DNA of 7,660 nucleotides from a virus (taxonomy: Duplodnaviria > Heunggongvirae > Uroviricota > Caudoviricetes), in IMG/VR virus record IMGVR_UViG_2703718802_000005; one strand, 5' to 3'. Below the pieces are notes generated by a model. The model saw nothing but the letters and a program-made list of their open reading frames with translations, was not told where the DNA came from and did not search any database. Made by a program: the position numbers and the translations under genes. Numbering within the stretch: the stretch's first letter is position 1; the number at the start of each line of letters is the position of its first letter. Shown piece after piece: positions 6,398 to 7,660 of this stretch.

Positions 6398-6619
6398 ATG
6401 AAAGGCAGAACGCCACACATTGAACATCAAGCCAACCACTTCTCGGATGTTCGCAATGAGATGATTGCCATTCGCGGTGATATGCACGGCTTGGAGCGTC
6501 GAATTATTGATAAGATTGATGAAAATAGAGATAAGGCCAGTGAAAATCAAAAGTGGATCATCGGCCTGTTGATTTTATCAATTCTTATCCCGCTACTTAT
6601 CGCATTGGTCACAAAATGA
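6398..6619 (+). CDS. Small tail-anchored membrane protein (73 aa), XhlA/holin-like architecture
   Basis: Track ORF; GAGGA about 6 nt upstream of the ATG. Charged N-terminal region followed by a single C-terminal hydrophobic helix WIIGLLILSILIPLLIALV. Assignment is by architecture only, not sequence family. Confidence 0.55.
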   Translation: MKGRTPHIEHQANHFSDVRNEMIAIRGDMHGLERRIIDKIDENRDKASENQKWIIGLLILSILIPLLIALVTK

Positions 6620-6642
6620 ATATCCAATGTGTATGCTGTCGA

Positions 6643-6670
6643 TGCTACGCGCGCGTACTTGTCGCAAAAT
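6643..6670. repeat. Copy 2 of dispersed ~25-bp repeat
   Basis: TGCTACGCGCGCGTACTTGTCGCAAAAT; palindromic core TACGCGCGCGTA. Begins 24 nt after the stop of the 6398..6619 gene. Confidence 0.85.
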
Positions 6671-6901
6671 ATCAGGCAAAGGCCAGATTCAGAACGTCGT
6701 GATAACCACCAGCACAACATGAGATGTCATGTAACGCGATTTATCACGTCAGATACATGTGATTGGTGTACCCGCATAAAACATTGTCATAGCGCGTCCT
6801 GTGCGCATATACGCCGATAATCAACACATCACCACCACTCTGTCTCATGTAGAGAACACTTTTATGGTATCCCCCGCCATCGTGTGCGTACTGGTCGGAC
6901 G

Positions 6902-6925
6902 CAGTTGCAAAAAATTTTGCAACTG
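6902..6925. repeat. Perfect 11-bp inverted repeat CAGTTGCAAAA-AA-TTTTGCAACTG
   Basis: Directly visible; no T-run follows on either strand, so more likely a protein-binding dyad than a terminator. Immediately precedes repeat copy 3. Confidence 0.8.
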
Positions 6926-6930
6926 ATACC

Positions 6931-6956
6931 CCTCGCGCGCGTACTTGTCTCGAAAT
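6931..6956. repeat. Copy 3 of dispersed ~25-bp repeat
   Basis: CCTCGCGCGCGTACTTGTCTCGAAAT. Degenerate relatives GTGCGTACTGGTC (about 6884-6896) and GCGCGTACTGTAAC (about 7017-7030) lie nearby. Confidence 0.8.
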
Positions 6957-7142
6957 TGGTGTTTTGCTGTGGCAGTGATATCAGAAAAATCTTCCTGTTT
7001 CACATAAAGCGGATATGCGCGTACTGTAACGACCCCATCAACTGGGAGCGGATTTGAAATCCCGACCCAAGCTATGTACCAAATGCCATGTCTTGGATAT
7101 ATGATGATTGCCATTCTAAACAAAGCTAAAGGGAGGGTTGGT

Positions 7143-7493
7143 GTGAATGCTCAGGCTGTCATCATGGTTTTACTTGGTCTGATTGTCGCAAAACTATATC
7201 CAGACTGGTGGAAAGGGGTATTAGCAACTGTCGCCATCTATTTGCTTTTATCCGTCGTTAAGCGATCGTTCGTTAAGACCGTAAATCAAGCAAAACGTTT
7301 CTCATTTAAGAATTTAATAAACTATATTACTGGGCTTATTTTTTGCCTTTCAATTTTGATCGCTTCAGCTTTTTTGCCCGTATCAATAGCTAATTTTTTT
7401 GGCGCACCATATGAGGTAGGTTATCTATTCTCTGTTTTTTGTCTTGTTCTTTCCCTTCTTTACCTATGGATGAGAGCAAAGAACAAAAATTAG
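7143..7493 (+). CDS. Hypothetical multi-pass membrane protein (about 116 aa from the preferred start)
   Basis: Track ORF 7074..7493. Preferred start is in-frame GTG at 7143, preceded by GGAGG (7132-7136) with a 6-nt spacer; alternatives are ATG 7074 (no SD) and ATG 7164. AT-rich; product has about four hydrophobic helices (AVIMVLLGLIVA, VLATVAIYLLLSVV, ITGLIFCLSILIASAFL, YLFSVFCLVLSLLYLW). Stop TAG at 7491-7493. Confidence 0.5.
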   Translation: MNAQAVIMVLLGLIVAKLYPDWWKGVLATVAIYLLLSVVKRSFVKTVNQAKRFSFKNLINYITGLIFCLSILIASAFLPVSIANFFGAPYEVGYLFSVFCLVLSLLYLWMRAKNKN

Positions 7494-7660
7494 CCATCCA
7501 TGGCTAACCAGTTATTGAGATTCTTTTTGTGATGCCTGTGCGACTCTGGTGAGCGATTGTGTGACCGTACTGATCGCTCTGTCATATGCTGTGCTACCTT
7601 TTGGCGTATTTGCCAGACGTAACAAGGCATTTCGGTAAGCGTAAACTGACCGCCGTATGT

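Noticed and set aside
6629-6820. ORF 6629..6820 (+), 63 aa, Cys/His-rich product
   Set aside because: GTG start with no SD. It contains a copy of the dispersed repeat and the nested palindromes, which explain the odd Cys/His-rich composition. Treated as non-coding.
6845-7123. ORF 6845..7123 (-), 92 aa
   Set aside because: Spans repeat copies and the ribosome-binding region of the plus-strand membrane-protein gene; no start signal or motif.
1-7660. tRNA/rRNA genes, integrase, transposase or IS terminal inverted repeats marking element boundaries
   Set aside because: No cloverleaf-like or rRNA-like segments noticed, and no ORF carries recombinase or transposase motifs. Element boundaries probably lie outside the window.
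7493-7660. Minus-strand partial ORF entering from the 3' window edge (about 56 codons, stop at 7490-7492)
   Set aside because: Two different minus-strand frames are open to the window end and the visible translation has no recognisable features. Cannot be supported without downstream sequence.

Overview
This 7.66-kb window looks like a mosaic accessory segment (island or prophage-like) of an Enterobacteriaceae-type genome; that placement is inference from a PerC-family regulator and enteric-style Shine-Dalgarno sites. I saw no rRNA, tRNA, CRISPR array, integrase or transposase. All family assignments are by-eye motif recognition without any database search. The strongest candidate for an undescribed system is a minus-strand cassette at 3039-4517: a Panacea (DUF4065)-domain antitoxin-like gene, translationally coupled to a 144-aa toxin candidate of no fold I recognise, followed 43 bp later by a pRiA4b ORF-3-like gene. 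Other content, in order: the 3' part of an AT-rich large ORF ending in a strong intrinsic terminator; a convergent 277-codon ORF whose 3' end runs through that terminator; a 527-bp AT-rich intergenic region; a GC-rich 119-aa putative winged-helix gene; a 61-aa ORF; a PerC-family regulator gene; a divergent control region with six copies of a TGAACCAA core flanking an AT-rich spacer; a plus-strand set of RHH-like protein, tail-anchored small membrane protein and multi-pass membrane protein; and a dispersed ~25-bp repeat with a palindromic alternating-CG core. Coordinates of CDS follow the supplied ORF track; coordinates of short motifs are from manual counting and may be off by 1-2 nt.
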